A stretch of DNA of 63,949 nt, counting the filler, from Lenisia limosa (taxonomy: Eukaryota; Protista; Breviatea), in assembly GCA_001655205.1 (NCBI GenBank). It is 21 parts of 21 records of this genome, joined end to end, with 100 filler letters (N's around TTAATTAATTAA, not from the genome) between each part and the next. Parts side by side here need not be neighbours in the genome. Positions count along the whole stretch, not along the records: positions 1 to 4,600 come from LPNZ01001282.1; positions 4,701 to 17,296 come from LPNZ01010916.1; 19 more parts are not named here. One strand, written 5' to 3'. A program made the translations under genes and the position numbers. The notes under the pieces were generated by a model. The model saw nothing but the letters and a program-made list of their open reading frames with translations, had not been told where the DNA came from and did not search any database. This document shows, piece by piece, positions 1 to 12,399 of the stretch. How positions within the stretch are numbered: the stretch's first letter is position 1; each line of letters opens with the position of its first letter.

Positions 1-77
1 ATGCCATGAACTCACTATAATGTGACAAATAGTCTTCTAATTCCTTTCCATACTCTCCTCATAGTTCATGATGACTA

Positions 78-170
78 GGGCTTCACTTCAGTGTAAAAAA
101 GACTGAATTTCTCAATGAATCCTAGAAAACTGTCGATATTTCTGCGGTTTTTGGAACCGAAGTGAAGCCC
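78..170. mobile_element. MITE family A copy (GGGCTTCACTTCGGTTCGAAAA TIR, ~90-100 bp)
   Basis: Ends GGGCTTCACTTC...GAAGTGAAGCCC with internal core TCGATAAATCCTCGA. About 18 full or partial copies in the window. Confidence 0.85.
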
Positions 171-3100
171 GAATGATTTCCCAAGGAAAATGGAGTTACG
201 ACTTATCCCGATCACTGTACATACATATGATAATAGCATTATATATCATATGATGTTATTTCCGCTGCATAATTTTTGATGATCGTCATATTATCATGCA
301 AGGATGGAATGATGGAGGTCTTCACTTGGTCCAAAAAAAGACTGTCTCGACAAATCCTCGATAATATCGATTTGCCCCCAAGACATTTTTGGATTAAAGT
401 GAAGCACAACACTACGTCACATCGACTTGGGATTTTCATATAGAGAATCCCATAAATTTCTTCCCATGTAAGCATTCTGACTATATTTCAAGGAAACACA
501 AGTCGATACGCCGGAGTTTAGGTTGACGGGTGTGAAACTGCCCGATATGTTGCGTGACACACTTACATGATAGAGTGGGGCTTAGCGGATATGTTGCTCC
601 GGTGGTACCGATTTTGACATAAATGGACTTCGTCGGCTGTTATAGTAAAACAATGGAGGGGGAGGGGCATATATGTAGAAATGATAACAGAAGCCATCCA
701 TAACCTGATGCAATAATAAAGCAAATCATTACCATTGATGTTAAAAAGGGAATTGTGCTTGAAAAGAAAATGTTAGAAACCAGACCTTCATGTAGATGTA
801 AAGACTGTCAACTTGGGCGGTGTTACCAGCGGAAATGATGTTGTGCTGTTCATCGGCTGCAAGGAAGTCGGTCTGGGATGACAATTACATTGGTGAGGAG
901 AAAAACACACGGGATAAGTCTTGACCGATTTGCTAGTGATTCCCCAAGGAAAACTAGGTCAAGGCTTTCATGGTAGAATAGAAAATAATGAAGTATCCGC
1001 CCAAAGCCGTCCATAACATCACATTTATCATGTTTATAAGGTATATTGATTAGAAACATGCTGAAGCCGTCCACACCATCACGTTGATGTTGATGATGGA
1101 TGCTGTACGATTAACTGATCTTCAAGTGACTGTGGTTCCCAACCAATCCAATTAATAGACGTACCTTAGTCACTGTATGGATACAATTATTCGGAAATGA
1201 ATTTTTTAATCTTGTGTATTGTTTTGTACCAAAAGATTGTACTGTGTATCCTGTTGCTATCCAAACCAACCTCAATTGTGAACTGATCAGGGAACACGTA
1301 GGGATATAGGGAAAGACGCGAGGACGTGGTTGTGAACTTCATAACACGCCTTGAGAATGAAAGCGGTTCACAATAGACTATTATTCAAAAACAAAAAAAA
1401 GACTGAAATTTTTGATGAATTCTCGATAAATTCTCGCTATATTCTCGATAAATATCAATATTTTTTCGGTCTTGGAAGGTATTTTAACTTCTATATTACT
1501 TGATAAAAAATACATGTCATAGTATATCTATTTATATATCGATGTATGTTAAGACTCTCATATATCTATTTATATATCGATGTATGTTAAGATAGTATAT
1601 CATACAAAGCTTTTCAACCTAGTCGCAAAGATTCGACAAGATATTATCACCATGACAGCCACACTCACGCAGGAGAGTGGTTCAATGTTTTTTGGCCGCA
1701 CGAAATAGTCAAGTCTTGGGCAATATGCTTGATAAAAATCTGAAAGTGTAATTGCCTTGGTAATATGTGATGAAACCTGACCAAAAAGAAGCTAAATCAA
1801 ATATAAGGGGTAAATTCGAAATAAGAAACTCCATTGGCTCTGATGATTTGGGCATAAATAACCCATAATAATGAATCTACAAATAAGAAATTTGGTCATT
1901 ATCGAGATAATCATGGGGTTGACCCAAACCTCAAAATGCCATGAGAGATCCTTGGTTGTCGGAAGAGAAACGGCGGAGGATCCGACATCAAAGGTTCCGA
2001 ACCTCGCCATCGGTTCCACTTCCGAGGTGGCCCAATACTGGAAACATAAATGGCAATGCCAAATCCTTCAGATAGTTATCATACATACAGTGTGACTTGT
2101 ACTAGTGGTAGATAAATAGTAACGCATATCAGATGTATTTGAGGTATTTAAGGACTTCATTCTCAAAAAAAAAAAAAGATTGAATTTCTCAATTGCTAAA
2201 ACATGGCTAGCTTTCCCGAACAGTGCTAGGCAAATATGAGCAAAGAAAAATACTGAGAATGTATTCAACAAAAAAAAAAGAAGCCCAAAATCAACTCTGT
2301 TGACTGACAACACACTAGGGTTGATAACATAGCCTTGTCCATTCTATCCTAAGCTCAGCCCATGCCAAAATAGTGTGCTGCTTTTACAAAATATGAATAC
2401 TAAGGGTGTTCAAAACCGCAAAATTAAAACAATATTACAATATAATAAACACTATCATCGCAAAAGCAAACCTTATACGAGCCTGAGTATTCAGTGTTGA
2501 CAAGAGGGCGGAAGGCATACTCAACAAAACTGGCGCTTATCACCGATTTGGACTCGAGAGAGACGCAGAACGCATTAACTTCTCCTGAAAATTGACATTA
2601 TCAATGTATTGACGCTAAAGAGACATGCAGAAGGCTGTGTACAGAGGGTTATATTCCGCAAATGAATGGGTGAATCAATATACTACGCACCAATATCACT
2701 TAAAAACGAGATAGTCTGGATACCCCAAAAATGGGGCAGTTGAGGTGAAACATGTTTGCCAACTTGTAGCTGGGGAAAATGAATCACTAAATGATGTATC
2801 ATATTATTGTAAATAATAGAAGTATGTAAAGATATATTATCAATACTAGATCTATATATGTATATATCTGAACTTCGCATAAAATACTCCATTATGTGCT
2901 CCCAGGTAAAAATGCAGAGAACCTCTCACGTTGAATCGTATCGAATGTCATAAGTTCTGCCAGCTGCATTTCCACTGATTGGCCTGAAAAAGGGGTAAAC
3001 TATTGAGTATTGACATAAGATTAAAGACCGAATTCTCGATAAATCCTAGATTTACGCCAAAATTGAATCCAGATTTCATCATTCTTTTTGAAACTACTCC

Positions 3101-3373
3101 AGTATCAAAATTCAAAATAGACAAGGCGGATAACAACTAGAAAGCCACCATCCAAGCACGCCAATCAAATACTTCTAATGTAAAGTATTGGAGTTCATAA
3201 TATTATATAAGCATAGGATGGATGGCTAACTGACACAAAAATGCACAACACACGAAATGTTGTGCATTGTTGGTTTTTTGTCACTCACGCTACCATCTTT
3301 ATATTATACGATTTGCGGATTTGCGGATTTGCGGATACCATAAAGTGTTCAATGAGTAACCTTATAACATCAC

Positions 3374-3520
3374 GTGTTGAAGCTCCACAAACCCTTGATC
3401 AGCACATCGCTGGAGTAGTCGGCAACATTTGCTGTGACTGTTCCCGTCGCATCAAGACTGATCCCAGAGCAGATCCCAACAAAAATGTTTATCACCAACA
3501 ATAACAAGAACATTACAACG
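3374..3520 (-). CDS. Probable exon encoding a signal peptide-like N-terminus, unknown protein
   Basis: Acceptor in CCACCTTTTAG, GTGATG donor. Open frame VVMFLLLLLVINIFVGICSGISLDATGTVTANVADYSSDVLIKGLWSFNT. Confidence 0.4.
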
Positions 3521-4495
3521 CTAAAAGGTGGAAGCAAATGGAAGCAAACAGAGCAAAAAACAGAAAAATATCACGTGCATGGCGCGTGCGTTTCTTGTAC
3601 AATGAAATCAGTCAATCAACCAGACAGCACTGACAGCACCGGGTCAGCACTTTCATCTTTCCTTTCTCTTTTGATCAGATGTAATTCTAGTAACCTCCAT
3701 CAGTTAAACAATAGTTGTTGAGAAACAAGAAAGGAAATCACGAGCTGACGTCTTAAACCAGTTGCAGTTGTTTCTCAAGGCACTTCAACTCTGCCACCCT
3801 TGGAGGAGGTAAGCTTGGGTGAATAGTGACATTATTGAAGGTTTATCAATCAAACAGGTAATGGTTTTATAGATTCACAGAGCCCTTTGCCCTTGTCTTT
3901 GAGTTTTTTTTAATTGCCTTTTTTTCATTCATTATCTCTACTCTCACTATCGCCGACAAACTCCTTATAAACGGTCGATCCCAACGGATGAATGTTTACT
4001 CTACCCTTAACTCAAGCTTTTCAACCGACCACTTTTACCTATATCAAGCAAATCCAACGTACTGTTTCTATAATAATTGCAATTATTATCGTAGTGTGTG
4101 TAGTGAAGGATCAGTAAATAGCCTTTGTTGTGCATTCATGTAGTCTCTAGAAGCCAACTCCAGTTAATGTTATTTTTTTGATAGTTCGTCTTTTTTTTTG
4201 TAATAAATTCAATCATGCTACACTTGCAATAAAACCAAATTACACCTTCTATTTTTTGGTTTACTTCCTAGGGCTACAATGAGTCGCTTCCGCATGCCTT
4301 CAATGCTACATGCGCCTCTTTTGCCAAGTATGGGGTGGTCAAATAGAGCCTCACGTAGACATGTAAACTATCGATTATTTATCGAAGATAGTACATATCA
4401 TATATCGAGAATTCAGTCTTTTTTTGGAACCGAAAGTGAAACTCAATCAAATAGAAGTGAAGTTCCATTTCGAAACGAGTTTCCGATATATTAAA

Positions 4496-4570
4496 CAGTT
4501 GCAGATAAGTCTTGGCCAATTTTCCTTGGGAGAACTATAGCAAATCGGTCAAGACTTATCCCGGTCACTG
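4496..4570. mobile_element. MITE family B copy (CAGTGACCGGGATAAGTCTTGACCGATTTGC TIR, ~75 bp)
   Basis: Near-palindrome ending GCAAATCGGTCAAGACTTATCCCGGTCACTG followed by TA. Confidence 0.8.
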
Positions 4571-4600
4571 TATATATTCTTTATTCCAATAGTTGACTGA

Positions 4601-4700
4601 NNNNNNNNNNNNNNNNNNNNNNNNNNNNNNNNNNNNNNNNNNNNTTAATTAATTAANNNNNNNNNNNNNNNNNNNNNNNNNNNNNNNNNNNNNNNNNNNN
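4601..4700. other. Artificial scaffold-joining spacer (44 N + TTAATTAATTAA + 44 N); first of 20 in the window
   Basis: Identical 100-nt cassette with stops in all six frames. Also at 17297, 19986, 23555, 25689, 28494, 35819, 38934, 40307, 42427, 43610, 45085, 47593, 49625, 52124, 53650, 55002, 57580, 60949 and 62467. Confidence 0.97.
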
Positions 4701-5431
4701 CCCCCCCCCCCCTTTTGTGGTGCTTCAGAAGCGACTAGCCTGTGCTGTGTTTGTTTTGTTGTTTTCAACCGTTGTGTGTTTCTTCTTGCCGACAATGTTG
4801 ATTTAGTGCTTTTTTTATTGTTAAGTTCACTCCTGTTTTTAAACCATCTTTATGCCCCTTGGGTCCTGGGGTCAGTTTATGAGTTCTTGATTATTTTGTT
4901 TTCTTAATTCCTCACTAATCAGATGAAAACAATCGTGAATCAGAGCAAGAGGTTTGTTCCATGTATCCAGCAAAATAACAGAAACTATCTTTATAAGATG
5001 TGACATCATTTTATCATTTATTAGAGGGGGGGGGGGTGCTATCTAATGTGTGGCTCAAATAAACAATCAAATCAAATACAACTGCATTGGATGACTTTGG
5101 CTTTGGGTGATAGATGTACATTTCCTAACTTCAGTGCCACATGAGCTTTATAATCAATTCAAGATTGTTTTTCAGCAGTCATATTTTCTATATAAACACA
5201 AAGCCTCCTCCCTTTCCTTCCGAATAGCATCTCAACATAGCAATCCAAATATCTAATCCCTCCAGGAATACCCTAGAAAGCGTCCGGGTACCCGACAAGG
5301 CGCGCAACGCAAGACGCAACGACGCCATTAAATAAAAATTGTACACTTGTAGATTCTAATAATAGGGTGACCAGACCAGTGGAGACTATCATTTCATTCA
5401 CACTTTCTAATATACAACAACATAACGAGGC

Positions 5432-8400
5432 TTAGAGGTTGATTGCTCTGACCTTGGACCATTTTGCCTTCCTTTTCCTCATCATCGGGAAGGATGGCGT
5501 TGAAGGCGTATCCCATGGCGTCTGCGCCACATTCGCGCTCTGCGTGGGGGCTACGGCCTGGTCAAAAGACAGAGTGTCAGGACGGGTTTGCCTCTGATAT
5601 AAATCCGCTTGATGCTGGGGGGCTGAAGGCTGCTGCTGCTGTGGCTGATTTAAGTCCTGCTGCTGTGGATGCATCTGGGCGTTTGGTTGGAACTGTATCT
5701 CGTTTTGAGGGAAGGCGTTCTGCGCGGGGCTATTCGGCTGGGCCTGGACCTGACCGTTGTAGGGACTTGTTGAAGGCATGTAGGAGACTGGAGTGTTGTA
5801 GTGGCGGGCAAATGGCGAGTTGGGAACTTGGGGTCCGGTTTGGCCTTGTCCTTGGGGAGGGGTTAGAAAGGGTGTTTGATGTGGTGATAGTGTGGATTTC
5901 TCTAAAAGAAGCATTTGCATTCACATAGTGGTGTTGAATGAGTTGTGGACTTGCGAAGCCAATTTGTTTTGATCCTGCCAAAGCGATCCATTATCATTAT
6001 CCCTTATGCAACAGAACTATAATCAATGCCCGGTATTAATGGTATGGTGCAGAAATAAGACTTCACTTCGGTACAAAAATTCAGGTAAAATATTGATAGC
6101 TCTCGAGGATTCATCGAGAAATTCAGTATTGTTTTGAACGGAAATAAAACATTATGTAGTAACATTACTCGAAGCATTATTGACCAACCAGAGTTGAGCT
6201 TGGCTGCAGGCGAATTTACACTCGCGTGGCTTGGAGGATCGTCTTTGTTGAACACATGGCTGGGGAAGGGGGGNNNNNNNNNNNNNNNNNNNNNNNNNNN
6301 NNNNNNNNNNNNNNNNNNNNNNNNNNNNNNNNNNNNNNNNNNNNNNNNNNNNNNNNNNNNNNNNNNNNNNNNNNNNNNNNNNNNNGGGAGCCACGCACCT
6401 TGTGTCATGAGTCGTATCAATGCGCACGCGCCTATTTTGGTCGTTTTCTCTAATGAGATCCTTGTGATCCCAGTTGTCCAGCTCGGCAAAGGGGTTGTTG
6501 GTAACTTCTGTGAGATTAGCGAGCTGTATTGTTGTTGGTAATTTCTGTGAGATTAGCGAGCTATATCGTATATGTAGGTGATGGGTTGTGCTTCCCCATC
6601 AGTCCCAAGTATGTATCGAAAAATGCTGCATTTCTCAAATAATCCTCAAAATATATTGACTTAATACAANNNNNNNNNNNNNNNNNNNNNNNNNNNNNNN
6701 NNNNNNNNNNNNNNNNNNNNNNNNNNNNNNNNNNNNNNNNNNNNNNNNNNNNNNNNNNNNNNNNNNNNNNNNNNNNNNNNNNNNNNNNNNNNNNNNNNNN
6801 NNNNNNNNNNNNNNNNNNNNNNNNNNNNNNNNNNNNNNNNNNNNNNNNNNNNNNNNNNNNNNNNNNNNNNNNNNNNNNGTCTTGGGGACTGTTTGAGCAC
6901 GCCTTTTGGACGGTTGTTGACTCGAGGAGAGGCAAGGTTTTTCGGCTGGTACTTGGAAGGAACTCCCCTTGCAAGTTTCCTGGTGTGTTACATTATGGCG
7001 CGTAGACTTGGGATTCCCAGGTAGTGTGTACAGCACGGGAATTCAACAAATGCACCGTTGTGTCTGAGATGAAGGATTCCTTATGGTCACAAAAATATAA
7101 ATCCTTAATATTTCTCGCCAGTATTTGGCTTTTTTCGGACGTGGGGAAGTATTAANNNNNNNNNNNNNNNNNNNNNNNNNNNNNNNNNNNNNNNNNNNNN
7201 NNNNNNNNNNNNNNNNNNNNNNNNNNNNNNNNNNNNNNNNNNNNNNNNNNNNNNNNNNNNNNNNNNNNNNNNNNNNNNNNNNNNNNNNNNNNNNNNNNNN
7301 NNNNNNNNNNNNNNNNNNNNNNNNNNNNNTCATTGTGTTTACAAAAAAATAATGATGTTTTAGTAACCTGTCCCACTGTTTGAGTTGGTTCTGAGTATCA
7401 TGGTAGTTCTGGACTTGGGGCTGACAAGCGGAGGGGTATGGGGCATAGGGGGTTGCAGGGGCAGAAGTGATAACCTGGGGGTAGGTTATGGATTCGGTTT
7501 TCGTTATTTGATAAGACATTGGTAGTGGACGAAACGGTGGGACAATTCAAAATGAGATACAATTCTTCAAATTTGTGCTTCCATACGGTGCCAAAAAAAG
7601 ACTGCATTTCCCGAAATATCGAGATATTACTGGCCTTTTTCGGACGTAGGGAACCACTACTTCTAATATGTAATATCTCATTTACCGGTTTAAACAACTC
7701 GAAGAAGTCGGATGAGTGGTTCAAAGGGTTATACGTTCGAACGGGAATCTGAAATTGTGAAAGAGCGATTTAAGACAACTTGTATTAAAACTTCTAAGAA
7801 TTACTCCCGGTTCTATTAAAGCTCAAAAAATAACGGAGTCTATAGCTCGAGAAGAACGACAATTCAAGCTTGGACACAAAGATAACTGAAATAATGTTAT
7901 TTCAGAAATATATTGAGCCATATCCAATTCAGTTGGTAATAACTAGTTTTAGTCTCCAATACCGACCTCATCCACAAAGTCCTGCACAAGCTTGCGCTCT
8001 TCTGCCGTCGGATCCGAGAGACCCATTACTGTGGTTCGGAGATCACCCAGAACGGGAAGCAGAGAGTCCACTGAGACAATCTGGGGAGTAAAACAACACC
8101 ACGGCACATTCGTAAGAAAAAGTTGAGATTCACATGCAATGGGAATTCTGTGTGATTTGAACAAAGCAATTGATATTCGTGTAATAGGCCCGTGTTGTGG
8201 TATTAGTGAAAAAAAAACAGTCAGTATTGTCACCTTTATTATTCTTCAAGTTTCATAGTTCAATGAATGTACACAGCTTAGTGATAAAGGTGGTTCAGCC
8301 GTGTAAAAGACCCAGGTAGTGTTATCAGAAGACAAATTCAGGTCACCTTCTGTAGCATGAAGCACTTGTCAGCGGAAGGAATCAGGATGTACCAAGTCAG

Positions 8401-9060
8401 AAACGGCCTGATTACGTGGCTTTTAAACTTGCCGCGCGAGATAAGGAATTCAAGGTCGCAGTGTGAGGAGAGGACGAGACCCTCATCGTTGTCTAAGAGG
8501 TTCTCAATGAGGGCTATGGCGTTGGACTGAAGAGCTTCCACCTGGATTGTTATCATTTACTTTGAGGTACTTGTAGAAAAGATGGCCTTTCTTAATATTA
8601 AACCATGAAAATCATTTTCATAGTTTAAGTACTGCGGGGCTATATTATATTAATTTGTAAAAAATCAGGTTTATTCAGATATTTAGCTGGATGTTTCAAA
8701 ACGATAACTTTTTTTTTTATGTTGTTCCCATATCCAATTACAATTCCCAAAAAACCCCATCAAACTGTTTCCCCCCAATACTTCACAAGGATCTTCTCTG
8801 AAGCTAACAATCGGCGAGAGTACTGAGGGCTATATGGGTCAGTGAACTGATATATGCGGTACTATTCTCAAATTTTATATTTTCAAAATTATCACAAGAA
8901 ATTTCACTTTATACTAAAGTAGTGCAAAGTGGAACTATGATTTGTCTCAAATGGTTTTACAAATAGTCAAGAGGTGGTCGACATGTAAGATGCTCCCCCA
9001 CCTTTCCATGCACCATGAAGTACGACATTCTCTCCATTGGACATCTCATGTGGATATCCA
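5432..9060 (-). CDS. Multi-exon gene of unknown function with a Pro/Gln-rich last exon (partial, approximate model)
   Basis: GC-richer open exons with GT/AG ends: ~7950-8085 (IVSVDSLLPVLGDLRTTVMGLSDPTAEERKLVQDFVDE), ~8345-8555, 6399-6507 (VTNNPFAELDNWDHKDLIRENDQNRRVRIDTTHDT), and a P/Q-rich terminal ORF 5432-5905. Gaps prevent a full model. Confidence 0.55.
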
Positions 9061-9404
9061 GGACGGTTTTTTGGGAGTAGGAGTGCGAGAGGGGCGAAAG
9101 GGTCTGAATTGCCTCTACAGTGTAAACAACAGGGATTACATCTCGTGTTTATTCAATTCTGTCTTGAAACAATGATGAAATATTCGACCATTGCTGTCTG
9201 TCAAACTCATATAGTACATATATTTCCAAAAAACTGAATTTTTAAGGATCAATCTCATATATTTTATTGCATTGTACACTTAACGTTTTTTATATCTCCT
9301 AAACTCAGCAAAATGGGATATTTCTCAATGGTTATCTCGAAAATTTAGCCATGGTTTGCAAAATCCGTTTCCATGAAGAGTGAAATTCTTGATAAAAATC
9401 ATAC

Positions 9405-9590
9405 ATGTAAATATGTGTTTTTTGAAACAAAATGTGTTTTTTTCGAGAGATATAAAAACAGTGTTTGGAGTCCCAAAATGAATAAATAAAACTAGTTTTG
9501 TAACAAACACACAAGTTGCAAGATGTACAAATGTTTAAACCAACTTGGTGATTGCTTAGGAGAAATTATATTATACAAGAAAGACTACAC
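9405..9590. repeat. Dispersed repeat family E, 5' part
   Basis: High similarity to 11303-11460 (AAACCAACTTGGTGATT...AGGAGAAATT...ACAAGAAAGACTACAC). Confidence 0.8.
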
Positions 9591-9721
9591 NNNNNNNNNN
9601 TCATTCTTAATAAGCGTGAATTTTGACAATACACGGGTACCAATTTTGAGAGTACCCGGGTATTTTTCGAACAATGAATATCTTGACAGAATAGGGCAAA
9701 CTTGTAAAAATATCAACACAG

Positions 9722-11094
9722 AAGTACACATATTCCTCCTACCTTGGAAATGGCTTGGGGGAAAGGGCAGTTAATGAATTTTTTTTCTATTATATTATTT
9801 GAGTGTGGGGGGATTTATCTGGTTATATCATATAGTAATATCATATTCTTGGGCTAAGCATTTGGAAACACCAAAGGGAGCAAAAACAACAACAAAACAA
9901 TAAAGACCCGGTTGGAGTTTACATTATGTTCTCTAATCGTTAGAAGAGAGTTTGGCCTCTAAAAACCTTTAACAACTTACTCAATTCAATATAATATGAA
10001 AAGATATACTATGTTGTATATGTAGGGCTTTACTTCGGTTCGAAAAATGACTAAATTTCTCGATTAATCCTCGAAAACTATGGGTATTTTGACTGTCTTT
10101 TTCAAACCAAACTGAAGCCCTATAATCTATATGTTCACTAATGTCTTTAGAGAGTTTGGCAAGGTCAAATCCGGCCGACATCTGTGTACCGGGAGGGAGG
10201 TGGGGGGGGGGGGGNNNNNNNNNNCGACTATTTAGATTGCTTCTTTGCGTCCTCTTCCACGACCACAAAGTTGTTTTTCTAGGATGAACACAAATATAAA
10301 GTCGCTGACTAGCTCAAAAATGACTTTAAACCGGTTTTTGANNNNNNNNNNTCAGGTTGCAGTGAAGATCATTAGCAAAGAAAAGGTCTCAGAAGACATT
10401 TTCATGGGTGAACATCTTGCTCGTGAAGTTGCAATTATGGTGGGAGGCGGTGCTGTACAGTCTCTATTGAAACTAAGATCATAGAGATCCAGCAGTTGAC
10501 TACAAAAGAGAACACAACATCCACAGAATACAACAGAAACAGGAGGATTTCATGCCTTTTTATTTCATAAGTTTCCATTTTTACTTCCCTCCCCCATTTC
10601 AGTCCTGCAGAAAAAACTAGACCATTTATGCTTACTTCTGCAGAAAAAACTACACCATCCCCTGATTTCATATTTTTCGTTTTTACTTCCCTCCCACCCC
10701 TTTTACTCCTGCAGAAAAAACTAGATCACCCGCATGTTATCCGTTTGTTCGACGTGCTGGAGGATGATGATTACGTCTACCTTGTGTCGGAATACGCCTC
10801 TGTTTGGGGGGAGGGTTAGGGTTAGTATTAGTTTGGGAAATCACACAACTCGGTTAAGAATTTTCCCGGTCACTGTATCTGGCCGAAACCGTTGACACTA
10901 TCGGTTTCATAGAACTGGAGTATTGAGATGAGAGACTTTTCATTTTTCCTATCATATTTATATTTTCATTTTTCCTATATTTTTTTGATTTGTTTGCTCT
11001 CATTATTCAGGGCGGCGAGATCTTTGATCTGGTTGTGGAGAACGGGCCAATGCCGGAGGAATTAGTACTGCGCGTTGCGCGCCAATTGTTGAGC
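9722..11094 (+). CDS. Ser/Thr protein kinase of CAMK/SNF1-MARK type, N-lobe exons (partial)
   Basis: Exons 10151-10199, 10356-10439, 10715-10801 and 11011-11094 splice in frame (phase 0): EFGKVKSGRHLCTGRE|VAVKIISKEKVSEDIFMGEHLAREVAIM|KKLDHPHVIRLFDVLEDDDYVYLVSEYAS|GGEIFDLVVENGPMPEELVLRVARQLLS. This covers the Gly loop, VAVK, alphaC Glu and hinge. Candidate upstream exon 9722-9753 (KYTYSSYLGNG) has a non-canonical junction. Confidence 0.92.
10025..10120. mobile_element. MITE family A copy with TA on both flanks
   Basis: TA|GGGCTTTACTTCGGTTCGAAAA...TTCAAACCAAACTGAAGCCC|TA. Confidence 0.85.
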
Positions 11095-11302
11095 GTGGGT
11101 TGGATGAAAACCATGCACCAGCACATATATACACTGTATACGATATTGCTGGTACATGATAAATGATGAAAATATACCGTTTCAGCGTATATTATGTATC
11201 CCAGTTATACAATATATTACATACCCCTCCCCGTTCTCAACCCTCATGTGTTGCTGCTAGCAATAAGTTTTCTAATATGGGTCATCGTATATCACACCAT
11301 TC

Positions 11303-11590
11303 ATAAATATGTGTTTTTTTTCGAGAGTTGCAAAAACAGTGTATGGAGTCTCGAATAAGTAAACGTAGTTCTGTAACAAATACGTTGCATACATGTTTAA
11401 ACCAACTTGGTGATTACTTAGGAGAAATTGTATTATATACAAGAAAGACTACACACAAGAGTTGTATCCTAAAACGGACTATTTAGATTGCTCCTCTGCG
11501 TCCTCTTCCACGACCACGAAGTTGTTTTTCTTGGATGAACACAAATATAAAGTCGCTGACTAGCTCAAAAATGACTTTAAACCGGTTTTT
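11303..11590. repeat. Dispersed repeat family E, longest copy
   Basis: Its 5' part matches 9405-9590 and its 3' part matches 10225-10341 (GACTATTTAGATTGCT...GACTTTAAACCGGTTTTTGA). Confidence 0.8.
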
Positions 11591-12399
11591 GAGAACCTTC
11601 TTTTTTAAAAAGAAACACGTTTTGTTAAAAAAACACATATTTATGAACGTATATCGATATAGTATATACATATGATATATATATACATATATCGATATAT
11701 GATATATAGTATATGTATATGACGNNNNNNNNNNACAAACCCTGTGAAAGAGGCTGGCCTGCAACCGCGCAATATGGCGTAGCCGTCGCGTTAGACCCGT
11801 TTTGGACCGTAATACCATGGCATTTGCAAACTGCGTCTTTTGTGTTCACATCAGGGACTGGTAAACTGACCTGTGGATTTTAGTTTATTTTTCATGGGGC
11901 TCCAAAAATTTGCATTTCCCTTATTTGGATCAGTATTTAGATCTACAATATTATCAAGGATATTCAATAGTGGAGCATTGTTGGATTGATAAAAATGAAA
12001 TGAATGATAATTAATTCAGAATTGCTCAAAACTCAATTGTTTTTTTAGAAATGGCGTGAAAAGTGTGGTATTAGGAAGCAAGTCATCTCGAAAGTTGACA
12101 TGTTGTTCTTTTAACTGTGTATTCGAAACGTATGGTGGTTATTGTTTCTGGTGTCCCTATATATCTTCTTTTATTCCATCGTTCTAACATCTGTTTTTCT
12201 TGCTTTGTAAAAAAAACTCGAGTATACATAAACGATAATCCATTACGGTAAATGGAGTTTTCTCCCCTAAAACGCTCCAATGTCTTCTTCCTTGTAACCC
12301 AAAATAAGTTCCTAATGCGCTTTATTTCCGTCATCTTATAAACAGATATTGTCTCAAAAACCAACATACCTGACTCTGCTCAAAGTGAAGGGAAACAGG

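Noticed and set aside
78-170. tRNA or tRNA-derived SINE suggested by GGTTCGA in family A
   Set aside because: The motif is part of a terminal inverted repeat; there is no cloverleaf or A box.
5464-5928. 154-aa plus-strand ORF
   Set aside because: Antisense shadow of the Pro/Gln-rich minus-strand exon.
10815-10826. TTAGGG telomeric repeat
   Set aside because: Only about two units inside a G-rich intron start.
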